DNA from: a virus
Taxonomy: Duplodnaviria; Caudoviricetes
Length of the DNA: 53,757 nt
Strand: one strand, 5' to 3'
IMG/VR virus record: IMGVR_UViG_3300025151_000046
Location: 1 to 53,757 of that record
The notes under the pieces were generated by a model, which made no database searches, was not told the origin of the DNA, and saw only the letters and a program-made list of their open reading frames with translations. Positions 35,636 to 46,368 of the stretch are shown here, piece after piece. How positions within the stretch are numbered: position 1 is the first letter of the stretch; each line of letters begins with the position of its first letter. Both the position numbers and the translations under genes were made by a program.

Positions 35636-38580
35636 TGACAGGCAATCCATTATCGGGGCATACAAAAGCGAATGAATCTACAATGGCTGGTACAGCCACG
35701 TTTACAGATGGACTAACAGATGGTGACCATATTCAAAGTCCTACTCTAACTAATTACTTGGAAGGGTTACATGGTAACGGTATATTACTAGAAGAAGATA
35801 CAGCATACGGTGCTACCAATAGAAACGTACCCGAAGATTTACCGGGTGTAGTAGAACAGAACACTAATTCAGATAGAATTAGAGTGACAGGTGGTACTGC
35901 TATTATTGATGGTGTACCATTCCAATTCGCAGGTGGCCCCGGCTCTCACATTGATATTGATTTAACTACTACAAGTCCTAACAGAAGAGCAACATACTCA
36001 GCATTGACATCCGGTCAAGAGGCATTGGTGGTAGTTTATGTATCTACCAAAGACTCTGAAGGCGGGTCGGCTGTAAATAATGTACAGTGGGAGATGGGTA
36101 CTGCAATCACTACAGCAACTAACGCATACCCCACCACCCCTTCGGCTTTCCTTAATGACCCAAAGGCTGCTACCGGTTTAGCAACTGATAGCACATCTTT
36201 CCAATCTGTAGTGCTGGCAGTTCTCAGAGTAGTTTACAGTGCAAGTGCCCCCGGTGATTTGAAAATATCAGTTACAGAAAGTAACGATAAGAGGGTATTC
36301 ATTAGACCATCTCCTATCTATCTAACATCGGTTACTGATGGTATAGTAGGTGCAACTACCGCTATTGATAGTCATGCTGAAGTAGATGCACTAATAACAG
36401 GTACAACAGGAGATTTAGCAGGTAGTCGCTTAGGTGCATTATGGCAATCATATAATGCCGATGGTGATACGATATTGTATTACTCGTCAAAGGATTCGGG
36501 AGGTACAAGACACACCCATGTATTAGGGCCGGTGGGGTATGTAACTAAGTCACCAAGTACCACTACTACTTTTACCTTCAATGAGGGACAAGTCTTCGTA
36601 CTCAACCCTTCAACTGCTATGCAATTCAACCCTAGTGGTACATTTCCGCTAGGGCATTTAGTGTATGTAACTAACGAGGCAGCACATGGTACTAACGGAG
36701 TGACATTCGATAATGCTGGTATAGGTATTGTGTTACTAGGAAAAGAATCGGGAGTATTTGTCTACACAGGTAGTGCGTGGAAGAATGTGATGTTAGCAAG
36801 CGGTGCTGTGTCACCTAATGGTCATGGTGCTTCCGGTAACGTACAACTATCAGATGGTGCTGGTGGATTTACAAGTGACAATAATCTTAATTTTGACACA
36901 GGTACAGATGCTCTTACCGTAAACGATTTGAAAATATCTAGTAGTTCAAACAATGTAGTAATCGAAAATGAAACTCAAGATAAAGATATTATTTTCCAAA
37001 TAAATGATGGGGGTTCTGCAAGTACAGAAGTAATAAGAATTGATGGTTCACTATCAAAAGTAGGAATTAAAACGGGTAGTCCTGTTGGTGCTGATTTACA
37101 TATTCAAGGTACAGGTATAAGTGATACAACACCTGTGGTTTTAGTTGAAACAACAGATTCGGGTACGGCTACCGGTCCTGACTTAGTTTTGTATAGAAAT
37201 AGTTCAAGTGCGGCTGATGGTGATGCTTTAGGTCATTTATTGTATAGAGGAAAAAATGATGCAGGTACTCCCGAAGATGTAACTTATGCACAAATATATG
37301 CTAAAGCACAGGATGTGTCGGATGGTACAGAAGATGGGCAATTATTCCTTAGAACTATCGTTGATGGTACACTTATGAATAAAATAGAGTGTAATGCCAC
37401 AGAAGTAGTAGTCAACAATGGCTCTCTTGACAATGACTTTAGGGTTGAAGGTGCTACTGATACACACGCAATATTTGTGAATGGTGCCAATGATAGAGTT
37501 GGAGTTGGAACTGATGCACCCGCCACCAAATTAGAAGTTAGCGGAGATACTACAATATCAAGAAGTTCTGATTTAGGCCAAACAAGAACGCTAAGTATCG
37601 AAGGGGCAAGAAACGCAACGGGAACTGATTACGCTAGAATAGATTTGAAAAATTATGATTCTAACTCCGGTAGTCCGGCTACTTATGTCGGTGCAAGAAT
37701 CGCTGCTATTAATGAAGCAACAGGGGTTGATGATGGAAGTCTAGCAATATCAACGGCTGATGCTGGAACTTTGACTGAAAGAATGAGAATAACTGATACG
37801 GGTACTGTTGGTATTGGGACTACTTTACCCTCAGCGACTTTTCATGTAAAGAACTCTAGCACAGGATATAATGCCATATTTGAATCAGATGATGATGGCG
37901 CATCAGCAGCACCCGATGTAGCATTGTATAGAAACGGATTGACACCTGCTGATGGTGATGATTTAGGTCACTTAATTTGGAGAGGTACTACTGATGATGG
38001 TGACTCAACAGTTACAAGGGGTAACTACGCTGATATTTTCTGCGAGGCTCAAGTAGTAGCAACGGGTTCAGAAAGCGGTAAAATGCACCTTAGAACTAAA
38101 AAAGCGGGTACTATGAATAAGAGGCTTTCTTTTAGTGCAAATGATACTATTTTTAATGAAGACTCAGTTGATGTGGACTTTAGAGTTGAAAGTAATGGTA
38201 ATGCAAATATGCTCTTTGTAGATGGTGCTAATGATGAGGTTGGGATAGGTACTAACTCTCCTGTAGCCACATTAGATATTGCTTCGGGTAGTACATTTAG
38301 AAACACAAGATTGCTTACTGTATCAGTATCAGCAAGCACTACTCTAACAGAAGCCGCACATGCTGGAAGATACAATATATGTGCAGGTAATATTACTTTA
38401 CCTGCAACTTCAACTGCTGGTGAACACTACGCTATCCTAAACACAACAGGTGGAGATATTACAATTGGTCGCAATGGAAATAATATCAATGGTGCTGGCT
38501 CTGATGCTACTTTAGGAACATTCAAAGCCGCTACTTGTATTGCTATTGGTTCTAATAATTGGATGGTAATTGGTGTCTGA
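35635..38580 (+). CDS. Tail fibre protein
   Basis: Four VG[IV][GK]T-x-x-P-type fibre repeats, an internal duplicated ~120-aa unit, Gly/Thr-rich composition, and a C-terminal ITLPA...ITIGRNG module. Confidence 0.75.
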   Translation: MTGNPLSGHTKANESTMAGTATFTDGLTDGDHIQSPTLTNYLEGLHGNGILLEEDTAYGATNRNVPEDLPGVVEQNTNSDRIRVTGGTAIIDGVPFQFAGGPGSHIDIDLTTTSPNRRATYSALTSGQEALVVVYVSTKDSEGGSAVNNVQWEMGTAITTATNAYPTTPSAFLNDPKAATGLATDSTSFQSVVLAVLRVVYSASAPGDLKISVTESNDKRVFIRPSPIYLTSVTDGIVGATTAIDSHAEVDALITGTTGDLAGSRLGALWQSYNADGDTILYYSSKDSGGTRHTHVLGPVGYVTKSPSTTTTFTFNEGQVFVLNPSTAMQFNPSGTFPLGHLVYVTNEAAHGTNGVTFDNAGIGIVLLGKESGVFVYTGSAWKNVMLASGAVSPNGHGASGNVQLSDGAGGFTSDNNLNFDTGTDALTVNDLKISSSSNNVVIENETQDKDIIFQINDGGSASTEVIRIDGSLSKVGIKTGSPVGADLHIQGTGISDTTPVVLVETTDSGTATGPDLVLYRNSSSAADGDALGHLLYRGKNDAGTPEDVTYAQIYAKAQDVSDGTEDGQLFLRTIVDGTLMNKIECNATEVVVNNGSLDNDFRVEGATDTHAIFVNGANDRVGVGTDAPATKLEVSGDTTISRSSDLGQTRTLSIEGARNATGTDYARIDLKNYDSNSGSPATYVGARIAAINEATGVDDGSLAISTADAGTLTERMRITDTGTVGIGTTLPSATFHVKNSSTGYNAIFESDDDGASAAPDVALYRNGLTPADGDDLGHLIWRGTTDDGDSTVTRGNYADIFCEAQVVATGSESGKMHLRTKKAGTMNKRLSFSANDTIFNEDSVDVDFRVESNGNANMLFVDGANDEVGIGTNSPVATLDIASGSTFRNTRLLTVSVSASTTLTEAAHAGRYNICAGNITLPATSTAGEHYAILNTTGGDITIGRNGNNINGAGSDATLGTFKAATCIAIGSNNWMVIGV

Positions 38581-39013
38581 AATGTATATTGTTTTAGCAG
38601 GTTGCGCTCAACAAGGTGCTGGCTCTCCATTAGCGGCTTCACTTGATGGTGCATCATTATCTGATACTGCTGTTGAAGCAGGTCCCGCTACAAGTTCGGT
38701 TGTTACTTTCACTACGGCATCGGGGGCATTGAGTGCTACTGTAGTCGCAACGGGAGGAAGTGGTAGTTACACTTACTCTTGGTCGGTATTAGCAAAGACT
38801 TTGGATGATTCAGATACAGGTAATAGATTTTCTATTAACAGCACAGGAACTACTACTAATGCAACTTACAACACTCTAACTATAGATGGTGCAAGACCCG
38901 CAAGTGCTGGACCTCCATTTGTAGGTGAATTTTTGATTAGGTGTGCAGTAAATGATGGCTCTTCCACCGTTAATGTAGATTTCCCATTTACGATAATTGG
39001 AGAATCGTTTTGA
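38570..39013 (+). CDS. Small Ig-like/fibre-associated protein
   Basis: ATGGSGSYTYSW motif typical of Ig-like virion domains; last gene of the + strand block. The start may be ATG 38582. Confidence 0.5.
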   Translation: MVSEMYIVLAGCAQQGAGSPLAASLDGASLSDTAVEAGPATSSVVTFTTASGALSATVVATGGSGSYTYSWSVLAKTLDDSDTGNRFSINSTGTTTNATYNTLTIDGARPASAGPPFVGEFLIRCAVNDGSSTVNVDFPFTIIGESF

Positions 39014-39211
39014 TTAACTATCATCTGTAAACACAGAGCGTGATTTTTTACGCATTGTTGGGTCTTTCCAATAATACTCACACACTCTACAACACATCAG
39101 ATACACACGCTCGTTACCCTCATCAAGAAAGCGACCCGAAAGCCGTCTTGGAACCTGCAACTCCCCACACTTAGGGCAAGGGCGTTTTAGTTTCTCCATG
39201 AGTTTACCCAT
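39014..39211 (-). CDS. Zn-ribbon protein
   Basis: CPKC...CRVC; SD-like AGGTG upstream; abuts the + strand block tail-to-tail. Confidence 0.6.
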   Translation of the reverse strand: MGKLMEKLKRPCPKCGELQVPRRLSGRFLDEGNERVYLMCCRVCEYYWKDPTMRKKSRSVFTDDS

Positions 39212-39219
39212 GACGACAC

Positions 39220-40752
39220 CTACTGTACAGGTCGTCTTGCTACAATGTCATCAATACGCAAGATAGCGTTAGTAACTTCTGCTGCACTTAGCACAGCCTG
39301 TCTAACCAAATCAAGCGGCTCTACAACACCTTCGGCCAACAAGTCCTTGACACCACCTTCTGTGACATCCGGCCCTACTGTTATCTCTCCTTGCAGGATA
39401 CTGTGTCGCATAGCAAGAATAGTATCTAGTGGGTCATGACCCGCATTTTCTGCAATAGTAGCAGGAATGATTTCTAGTGCATCAGCAAATGCTTCGATAG
39501 CCATCTGTGCCCTACCGCCTATCTGTGCTGCATGTTGGCGTAGGTATGTAGCCATACGCACATAGGAGTTGCCCCCACCCACGACGTAGTTCTGACCCTT
39601 CATTACAAGAGACACTACACCGAGTGCATCATCAAACCCACGCTCGACTTCCTCAAGTGTGTGCGAAGTAGCACCACGCAGTACAAGGGTAGCCTCATCA
39701 CTACTGTACAGTTCATCGCCTGTCTTTTTGTCAATGCCCGGACTAACAAATAAATACCAAATGTCATTCTTTCTTTCACGAGTAATTAAAACTTCACCGG
39801 CGGTTTCAATCTCATCGGGAGACTGAGCGATAGGTAGGTTGCTAACTCTGCTCAATGCACGAAGAGTGGATTCGGGGGTGCGTCTAACTGCCATGATATT
39901 GTGTTTCTTCAAATGAGAACATACCATATCATTGATACCGTCACGCACGAATACAACTCCACCTTTAGGTAGTGCCTTTACGATGTACTTTGCATTAGCA
40001 AGTAAGTCAGCCTTACCTGCACTCTTGTAGGTTTGATATGACTGAGCATCTACAGATAACTGTATGTTATCATCATTCTTCTCAGTCTCAAGACCTGTGT
40101 TAATCAGCAGTAACTTACTGTAATTGTCATCACCCTCAAGCACATAGTCCTTGTTTACAATGACACCGTTGAAGAGATGTGAATCTTCTATTGAGCCACC
40201 GGGGAATGAAACTACCTTGACACTTTCAGCATCACCGGCTTTCTCTACTGCTGATACACATAGTTCTGAAACTGCATCCAAAGCATTCTCAAGAGTCTTA
40301 CCTGTAATCGCTGTCTTTGCAATACTAACTAGAAGACCCCTAGATTTACTTTGTTTAGCAATCTCTGTTGTTAGATATTGTGTAGCCATCTGTGCTGCTT
40401 CGTGGTAACCACGGCATATCACATTCGGGTGCAACCCTTTCTCAAACAACATCTCACTGTTACCAAGCAGTTGACCCGATAACACTACTGTACTTGTTGT
40501 ACCGTCGTAACATAGTGACTCTTGTGTACGAGCCACTTCTGCTATCATCTTACCGCCGGGGTGAGATACATCTAGTTCACGAAGGATGGTAGCACCGTCA
40601 TTTGTTACAATGACATTGCCGTGTCCATCCACCATCATTTTATCCATACCCATAGGACCAAGCGTAGACCTAACTGTTTCTGCTACAGTCTTCGCTGCTC
40701 TTATGTTGTGTATTTGCGCCTTATCTTGCTTTACATTTCCTGTCTCTGACAT
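39220..40752 (-). CDS. ths: Viral thermosome (group II chaperonin)
   Basis: [45 protein letters not shown] and ILRIDD motifs. Confidence 0.95.
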   Translation of the reverse strand: MSETGNVKQDKAQIHNIRAAKTVAETVRSTLGPMGMDKMMVDGHGNVIVTNDGATILRELDVSHPGGKMIAEVARTQESLCYDGTTSTVVLSGQLLGNSEMLFEKGLHPNVICRGYHEAAQMATQYLTTEIAKQSKSRGLLVSIAKTAITGKTLENALDAVSELCVSAVEKAGDAESVKVVSFPGGSIEDSHLFNGVIVNKDYVLEGDDNYSKLLLINTGLETEKNDDNIQLSVDAQSYQTYKSAGKADLLANAKYIVKALPKGGVVFVRDGINDMVCSHLKKHNIMAVRRTPESTLRALSRVSNLPIAQSPDEIETAGEVLITRERKNDIWYLFVSPGIDKKTGDELYSSDEATLVLRGATSHTLEEVERGFDDALGVVSLVMKGQNYVVGGGNSYVRMATYLRQHAAQIGGRAQMAIEAFADALEIIPATIAENAGHDPLDTILAMRHSILQGEITVGPDVTEGGVKDLLAEGVVEPLDLVRQAVLSAAEVTNAILRIDDIVARRPVQ

Positions 40753-40753
40753 A

Positions 40754-41359
40754 CTACCACTCTACTTCCAAGTCTATTTTTTCACCTGTTTCTAAACTAC
40801 GAGATGAGATATAACCCTCGCTCTTACCAAACTGATACAAATCGTATGTTAGTTTAGCATCGCTCAGACAGTATTTAGCCACCTCGTCATACTTCCCCTC
40901 TCTCCACGCTACAGGGGCATCGCTGCTGTTCATTAACTTGCTGTCTGCAAATGTTTGTTTAACGAGCATTCCAAGTGAAGAATCTACTTTACCAAATGCA
41001 AGTGCTGCTTTGTTTACTAACAACTTAGTATCTATTACAGCATCTTCTTTGCCAAGTATATCACCGGCTGTCCAACAATCCAATGCGTCACGCAAAACAG
41101 GTAAATCGAATGAGCGAAGATTATGACCTAGAATCTTACCGCCCTTTGCTATATGGTCTGCGAGGTCATCACCAAGTGTACGAGGATGCAATGCCTTGAC
41201 TGTATCATCTACACTCAAGGACTTGTTACAATAGATAGTGCCCTTGTCACCATTCCATGTTGCTACTACTGATGGTTCAAACATAGATGTGTTGTGCCAC
41301 CCACCTATTTCATGTGAGAAATTTGCAGTTTCAATATCCAATGCTAGTAAGTCACTCAT
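40754..41359 (-). CDS. DEDD/RNase H-fold 3'-5' exonuclease
   Basis: ExoI LALDIET, Exo[14 protein letters not shown], ExoIII YCLSD. Confidence 0.8.
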   Translation of the reverse strand: MSDLLALDIETANFSHEIGGWHNTSMFEPSVVATWNGDKGTIYCNKSLSVDDTVKALHPRTLGDDLADHIAKGGKILGHNLRSFDLPVLRDALDCWTAGDILGKEDAVIDTKLLVNKAALAFGKVDSSLGMLVKQTFADSKLMNSSDAPVAWREGKYDEVAKYCLSDAKLTYDLYQFGKSEGYISSRSLETGEKIDLEVEW

Positions 41360-42753
41360 TCTTTTTCACCCTTCTTTCTTAGGTAAACCCGGCCACCGGA
41401 CTTCTTCCTATTGAACAAGTTACCACCGAAGTCTTTGAAATGTCTTTCTGCTGTACTCTTAGATACCTTTGACTTAGACATGTAAACCGACTGTACGAGG
41501 GACTGTAGTCTCCACCCGTCACCATGATTCTCCAAGTCGTGAGGGGTACACTCACCGTAAGCAACAAGCATTGCATCGTGAATCTTAGCCTCTTTCTGTT
41601 TGTTACCACCGACTTCAACAGAGTCTTCTAGCCATGAGATTAGATTTTGGAACATATCAAACAGTATGTCGTGAGCCAAGTCTACATGTTCTGCATTGAC
41701 AACCCACTTCTCATCAAGTATAGCCATGTGTACTGAAAAGATACCTAAGTAATTCTCAACAGCCGGTACGAAGGATGCTACAATCTCAGACATAGATGGA
41801 CTCATATCTCTGAGCAAATCATAGATGTCATCAGATGCTTGGTACAGTGCAGTTTGGTAATCGGGAGATGGAGTAAACATATCCCACATGTGCTTTTGCA
41901 CTATTTCCTCTTTCTCTTGATTTGAGGCTTCTTCCCATTGAGTGAATTTTATCTCTTCCATATTCAATAGTCTATCACGAAGTCTCTTGTCTGTGGAAAT
42001 AAAGTAATCATACAAATCTTCCTTAGTGTATTCTTCTTCGGAAGGCTTGGACATAAACGTACCAAGTCTTCTGTTACTGACATCTTGCCTCTCATCCATG
42101 TCCCAATGCCTATAGTAAAGCAGGACACGCTGGAAGATACCTTTTGTTAGAACGTACTCCTTTACCCCCTTTGGTGGGTATGTAGTAATCCACAATGATA
42201 CAAGAGATGGACATTCTATTTTCTGTCCCTTCATGTGTTTGACAAGTGTATTGTTTCCACTACCTACAGGGTTACACGCTGTTTGAAGATACAGTACAGT
42301 TTCTTGACTGTGTTTGTTAGGAGTGAGAAGAATAGAACCTTCATCGAAATTGATTGCTTTACGGCCACTCAGTAAACCCTCAACAATTTTTACATCACCT
42401 GTAGGTTTACCATTCTCATCAAATTCCTGCTCTGTACTTCCAATCAATCCTGCATCTGTACCGGATGCGAATAACTCAAATGGTATCTCTGCCTTTTCCA
42501 TAATGTCACTAATGAAATTCCAAGCAATTGACTTACCTGTTCTTGATGGTTGAATCCAAAAGACATGCACTCTCAAATCAAGGTGAGTGTCCCATGTTGG
42601 TAGTCTAACATACGGTAGTGTTGTTTGACCTTGAATGAAAAAGAAAGAGAGAAGTCCCGGTACCTCATTCTTCATTGATGTCCTTGAGAAGTGACTCAAG
42701 TATGCATCTAATATCGGAAATTTCTCTAATGCTTTGTATGTTTTTATCGCCAT
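41356..42753 (-). CDS. AAA+ ATPase, putative MCM-like replicative helicase
   Basis: Walker A QPSRTGKS, ASGTDAGLIGS, Walker B INFDEG, IFQR arginine-finger-like motif, C-terminal winged-helix-like region. Confidence 0.65.
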   Translation of the reverse strand: MAIKTYKALEKFPILDAYLSHFSRTSMKNEVPGLLSFFFIQGQTTLPYVRLPTWDTHLDLRVHVFWIQPSRTGKSIAWNFISDIMEKAEIPFELFASGTDAGLIGSTEQEFDENGKPTGDVKIVEGLLSGRKAINFDEGSILLTPNKHSQETVLYLQTACNPVGSGNNTLVKHMKGQKIECPSLVSLWITTYPPKGVKEYVLTKGIFQRVLLYYRHWDMDERQDVSNRRLGTFMSKPSEEEYTKEDLYDYFISTDKRLRDRLLNMEEIKFTQWEEASNQEKEEIVQKHMWDMFTPSPDYQTALYQASDDIYDLLRDMSPSMSEIVASFVPAVENYLGIFSVHMAILDEKWVVNAEHVDLAHDILFDMFQNLISWLEDSVEVGGNKQKEAKIHDAMLVAYGECTPHDLENHGDGWRLQSLVQSVYMSKSKVSKSTAERHFKDFGGNLFNRKKSGGRVYLRKKGEKE

Positions 42754-42780
42754 GCCTACCACACCTATTCTCTTTATTGG

Positions 42781-42788
42781 TTTAAATA
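42781..42788 (-). promoter_or_regulatory. Archaeal TATA box (TATTTAAA) upstream of the helicase
   Basis: In a short intergenic gap, 27 nt upstream of ATG 42753. Confidence 0.5.
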
Positions 42789-42790
42789 CT

Positions 42791-43486
42791 CTAGCGTCTG
42801 ACCTTACGCTCTTGTCTTACAGGTTCCTCGCTTGTAAGAATATCAATTAGCAACTTCCTTCTCACTGTACCAAGCCCTTTGATTTCCTTTAGGGATTCGG
42901 GGAAACACATCTCTTCGATACTACCACACTTCTCTAGCATCTTCTGCGCTGTCTCCATCCCAATGCCGGGTACAGTAGCAAGCATGTCTGCTCTAAGGTC
43001 GTTAGAAGCCACCCTGCGAATTGATTGCGCCCCATGCTTACTTGCTGGCTTGTGTAACTTATCATGAAGCCTTACAATGAAAGATGCTGCCTCACTGACA
43101 TTGTTACAATAGAATACTTGGCATTCAAAGTCTGACATCAAACGAGCCAATGTACCAATCAACTCATTTTGTACTCTTGAGTAAGATACCTTCTTACCAT
43201 TCTTCTTAGCAATTGCAACATACTTATCTATAGAACCGTGTACTACGAGGAAGAATCTCTCATAGTTAGCATCCATGTTGTCTAACTGTCGCCATAGGTG
43301 ACCGCTATGACTTGACTGAAATAAATCGGATATACTCTTTGCTTCTACACAGGCACCTCCAAGTAGGTAGTCGCCTACCACTAATGCTTGGCGAGCCACC
43401 GTCAGCCCCGCCTTCGCCGCCTTGCGTTCTACTGATTCGCACAGCGTACCTCTTTCATTACTATCAATTATCAACTGCGGTTTCAT
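42791..43486 (-). CDS. ERCC4/XPF (Hef-like) nuclease with tandem HhH motifs
   Basis: IIDSNE, VGDY, VEAKS, and the HhH motifs VPGIG and IKGLG. Confidence 0.9.
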   Translation of the reverse strand: MKPQLIIDSNERGTLCESVERKAAKAGLTVARQALVVGDYLLGGACVEAKSISDLFQSSHSGHLWRQLDNMDANYERFFLVVHGSIDKYVAIAKKNGKKVSYSRVQNELIGTLARLMSDFECQVFYCNNVSEAASFIVRLHDKLHKPASKHGAQSIRRVASNDLRADMLATVPGIGMETAQKMLEKCGSIEEMCFPESLKEIKGLGTVRRKLLIDILTSEEPVRQERKVRR

Positions 43487-43757
43487 CTTCTATCACCTGT
43501 TTTTTATGTGTCGAACAAGTCTTACAACCTATTCTAGTAATCCAATTCCTACATCTTTCACCTTCAATGCGTTCTATTCTCCTTCTTGAACGAGGGCCAT
43601 TCGCCCCTCGCTTCACCTTTCCTTGACATCTATATTCGTCGGGAGGTAGTGCTGTTCTGCATTTATGACATCTAGGGAAGTGAGTTTTGTCTGCATGATA
43701 TTGGGGCGAAATAACAACTCTTGTATCACAAAATGTACACTTTACTCTTGGCATCAT
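43464..43757 (-). CDS. Cys-rich Zn-finger protein
   Basis: CTFC, CHKC and further C...C...C-x2-H ligands; overlaps both neighbours. Confidence 0.55.
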   Translation of the reverse strand: MMPRVKCTFCDTRVVISPQYHADKTHFPRCHKCRTALPPDEYRCQGKVKRGANGPRSRRRIERIEGERCRNWITRIGCKTCSTHKKQVIEDETAVDN

Positions 43758-44842
43758 ATCACTCCCGTATTATCGAAATATTTGCACTTTCCAACGCAGA
43801 ATCCTTCGCTTATTAAGGTTGCACAAGTTGCATGTGAATAGCCTGTCATTACTATACTCCTAACCTGTTCTTCTGTCCTGTCGTAACTGTAATCAACCCA
43901 CTCTTGACTCTTGCAAATGTTCACTATACTATTGATGTGTAACTCCTTCTCTTCATCAGATACACGCCATGCAGGAAAGAAGAAGCGTAGCCTATCAGCG
44001 AGATAGGAAGCGAAGTGATACCTCGCCCTGTGTGGTGGGTTACCCCCACCCATTGCTGCTTGAGACAAGCAGGGTAGAATGTGAATGTCATCGAATGCTA
44101 CTGTTGGTAACTCAACAGGCTTCAAATCAAAATTTTGAGAAAACTTATTCTCAATTACTTTCATCTTTGTTTTATTTTCTCCGAGGGCGATGTAACCGGA
44201 ATGAGGATTCATGCCCTTCTCCATCAAATCATCGAATGATAGATTCAGAATGTCATCGCTTGTCAGTGGTATGCACCAAGTACCACGCTTTGCATTGTAC
44301 GAATTTGGTATGCGTATCATACCGGATGTATCGAATGCTACTGTAGGGTCATTACAATTGAGTTGACCTATCTCTTTCTCCCAACTACCGATTAGTACCC
44401 TACCGGAGTGCTTTATGCGTGACAGTTCACTACCGTTCTTTGGCTCTAGTGTTTCATCTAGTGGAATCCATACATGGAAACCACCGCCACTAAACCAAAT
44501 AAAATGAAGAGTATTTTTCTTCATCAGAAAGCGGTGCAATCTGCGTACCTCTTCTTGTGGAACTTCAAAGGCTACCTCTGCACCCTTATTCTTGAAGTCC
44601 TTACAATCAAAGTCCATCACGAAGTGATGTATCTTTGGGGTATTGTAATCCACTCTGTGATGTTTAGGTGCTTGAGTTTCATTGTAACCGTATGCTGTGA
44701 AATAAACATTACCCGACCCGTTCTTACCACGCCAATATCTCTCTAAGTCAGCAGCATCTTTTACCATGCGCCTCCAACCACGCTCACCATTGGAGGCTAT
44801 CTCTAACACTTCACGAGGGAAGTCTATCGGCACAAATGACAT
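43754..44842 (-). CDS. Archaeo-eukaryotic primase, PriS catalytic domain fused to a PriL-like Fe-S domain
   Basis: MDFD, SGGGFH and RIPNS motifs; C-terminal LPCL...HRARYHFASYL...CATL...C...C. Confidence 0.85.
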   Translation of the reverse strand: MSFVPIDFPREVLEIASNGERGWRRMVKDAADLERYWRGKNGSGNVYFTAYGYNETQAPKHHRVDYNTPKIHHFVMDFDCKDFKNKGAEVAFEVPQEEVRRLHRFLMKKNTLHFIWFSGGGFHVWIPLDETLEPKNGSELSRIKHSGRVLIGSWEKEIGQLNCNDPTVAFDTSGMIRIPNSYNAKRGTWCIPLTSDDILNLSFDDLMEKGMNPHSGYIALGENKTKMKVIENKFSQNFDLKPVELPTVAFDDIHILPCLSQAAMGGGNPPHRARYHFASYLADRLRFFFPAWRVSDEEKELHINSIVNICKSQEWVDYSYDRTEEQVRSIVMTGYSHATCATLISEGFCVGKCKYFDNTGVI

Positions 44843-44846
44843 TCAA

Positions 44847-45164
44847 TCACCTGTGCTTTCTAATGTACTCATCTAAGTCTTGTAGTATCATGTTGTATAT
44901 TTTCAATACCTTTTCATCCTTTAACTCACGAGGATGGATAGTGTATATCACATCCTTGTTGTGAGTGACCTCCGGTACAGGTATTATGTCACCTATCGCT
45001 GTTGGCATGAACTCATACAGTGACGTTTGTCGCATCACCTGTCTGATGAACGGTGCCCTTTTTGGTAGGTTACCACCCGTAGATTTTCTCAGCCTAACAT
45101 TGTAGTTAGTGCCTCTTGTCTTCTCATTTATCACATACTCCATTAACAGTATTACTTCTTTCAT
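44847..45164 (-). CDS. Hypothetical protein
   Basis: SD GGAGG; ATGA overlap with the upstream gene. Confidence 0.55.
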   Translation of the reverse strand: MKEVILLMEYVINEKTRGTNYNVRLRKSTGGNLPKRAPFIRQVMRQTSLYEFMPTAIGDIIPVPEVTHNKDVIYTIHPRELKDEKVLKIYNMILQDLDEYIRKHR

Positions 45165-46189
45165 TTTTCTTCCTCCATTATATCATCTAAAAATTCATCC
45201 GTCACTGCCCATTGAGAACAGTGGTCTTTGTAATCACACCATGAGCATTTCAATCCATTACGGTCTAGTGCCTCTTCCATTGTCTCCCCCTCTCGTAACC
45301 TTCCAAGAAAAGGTTCAGGCGGGAACTCCATGTTGATGTGTGCCCTAACTAATTTCTCTAAAGCATTCTCAACACTCTTCGATACTCTGTTTGCCTTACT
45401 TACATGCTCGTAGTAAATGGTGGCACCTTCGCCCCCATTGATACCACCGCCGGGAAACTCCCATCCCCAATGAGTGATAGGTAGAAACTCTTGGTGCTTA
45501 CTATGCTCAAGCATCATACGATAGAATCCCATCTCCTTACGCATGGCACCGACCTTGCTACGCTTCTTGTATTTGCCCGTCTTTAATTCCATAAGAGCAA
45601 AACCATCATCGTCAGCAAATAGTGTATCAATGAATCCATTCATGTGAATAGGTATAGGTTCACCATCTATTACAACGGTACGAGTAGCATGTATGTTAGC
45701 CTCCACCCCTACGGGTTCCCAATCTTTTCCTTTGGTAATCTTCAATCTGTGAAACTGCCATTCAACCCATTGAGCAATCTGCTCATCCTCACCATACGCA
45801 TACGGTTCGGGTGGCTGAGGAATATGGTCATACAATATCTGTTTAGCATCATCTTCCCTGCCCTGCTCGATGAGAGCCAATGCCTCATCCTTTCTATCGA
45901 ATGTAGCCCAAAAGTATTCCATCATGTCGTGGACATTCAGTCCTCTTACATGGTGTGGTTGTTGCTCGCCACGCAAGCCCTTGAACTTCTCAAGGTAATA
46001 CTGTTCGGGACACCAACTGAATGTGCCTTGACTTGATTTAGTAACTCTCAACTTTTTTGTTTCATCCTTATTTGGATTCCAAGCGTAGGTGCTGATTTTG
46101 TACGAGTCGTACTCTTCTTGGTTACCTGTTTCCTCAAGGTAATCTTCTATAGTCGGGCGACTATCATCAGCGTTAGGATTGAATCTCAT
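45161..46189 (-). CDS. Cas4-like PD-(D/E)XK exonuclease with Fe-S cysteines
   Basis: WCPEQYY, GFID, ELKTG and CSWCDYKDHC. Start placed at ATG 46189 (ATGA overlap). Confidence 0.85.
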   Translation of the reverse strand: MRFNPNADDSRPTIEDYLEETGNQEEYDSYKISTYAWNPNKDETKKLRVTKSSQGTFSWCPEQYYLEKFKGLRGEQQPHHVRGLNVHDMMEYFWATFDRKDEALALIEQGREDDAKQILYDHIPQPPEPYAYGEDEQIAQWVEWQFHRLKITKGKDWEPVGVEANIHATRTVVIDGEPIPIHMNGFIDTLFADDDGFALMELKTGKYKKRSKVGAMRKEMGFYRMMLEHSKHQEFLPITHWGWEFPGGGINGGEGATIYYEHVSKANRVSKSVENALEKLVRAHINMEFPPEPFLGRLREGETMEEALDRNGLKCSWCDYKDHCSQWAVTDEFLDDIMEEEK

Positions 46190-46368
46190 TCTACCATCCC
46201 TAATAATTTCTCGACATATACAGCCGCATCCATCAACTCTTCCTGTAAGTGTACAAGCCATTCACGAATAGATAGAATCTCTTCCTCCATAGTCACCCCG
46301 TACTTCTCTTTACCTACATCAGACCTAGCCTTAATCTTCTTACACACTGAATCTTCTATTGCGCTCAT
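46186..46368 (-). CDS. Small all-alpha NTP pyrophosphatase (MazG-like) protein
   Basis: GKEKYG...WLVHLQEELMDAAVY (EE-x-x-D motif). Confidence 0.55.
   Translation of the reverse strand: MSAIEDSVCKKIKARSDVGKEKYGVTMEEEILSIREWLVHLQEELMDAAVYVEKLLGMVE

Noticed and set aside
218-38657. Numerous minus-strand ORFs under the structural genes (and plus-strand ORFs under the replication genes)
   Set aside because: They are antisense shadows of long coding frames, with no motifs or ribosome-binding sites.
39044-39049. T-run terminator for the structural operon
   Set aside because: A T6 run about 30 nt after the last + strand stop is plausible, but it is equally explained by Lys codons of the opposite-strand gene; insufficient support.
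45161-46189. Cas4-like gene as evidence of a CRISPR-Cas system
   Set aside because: No cas1/cas2, no repeat-spacer array and almost no non-coding space. Solo Cas4-like nucleases are common in archaeal virus replication modules.
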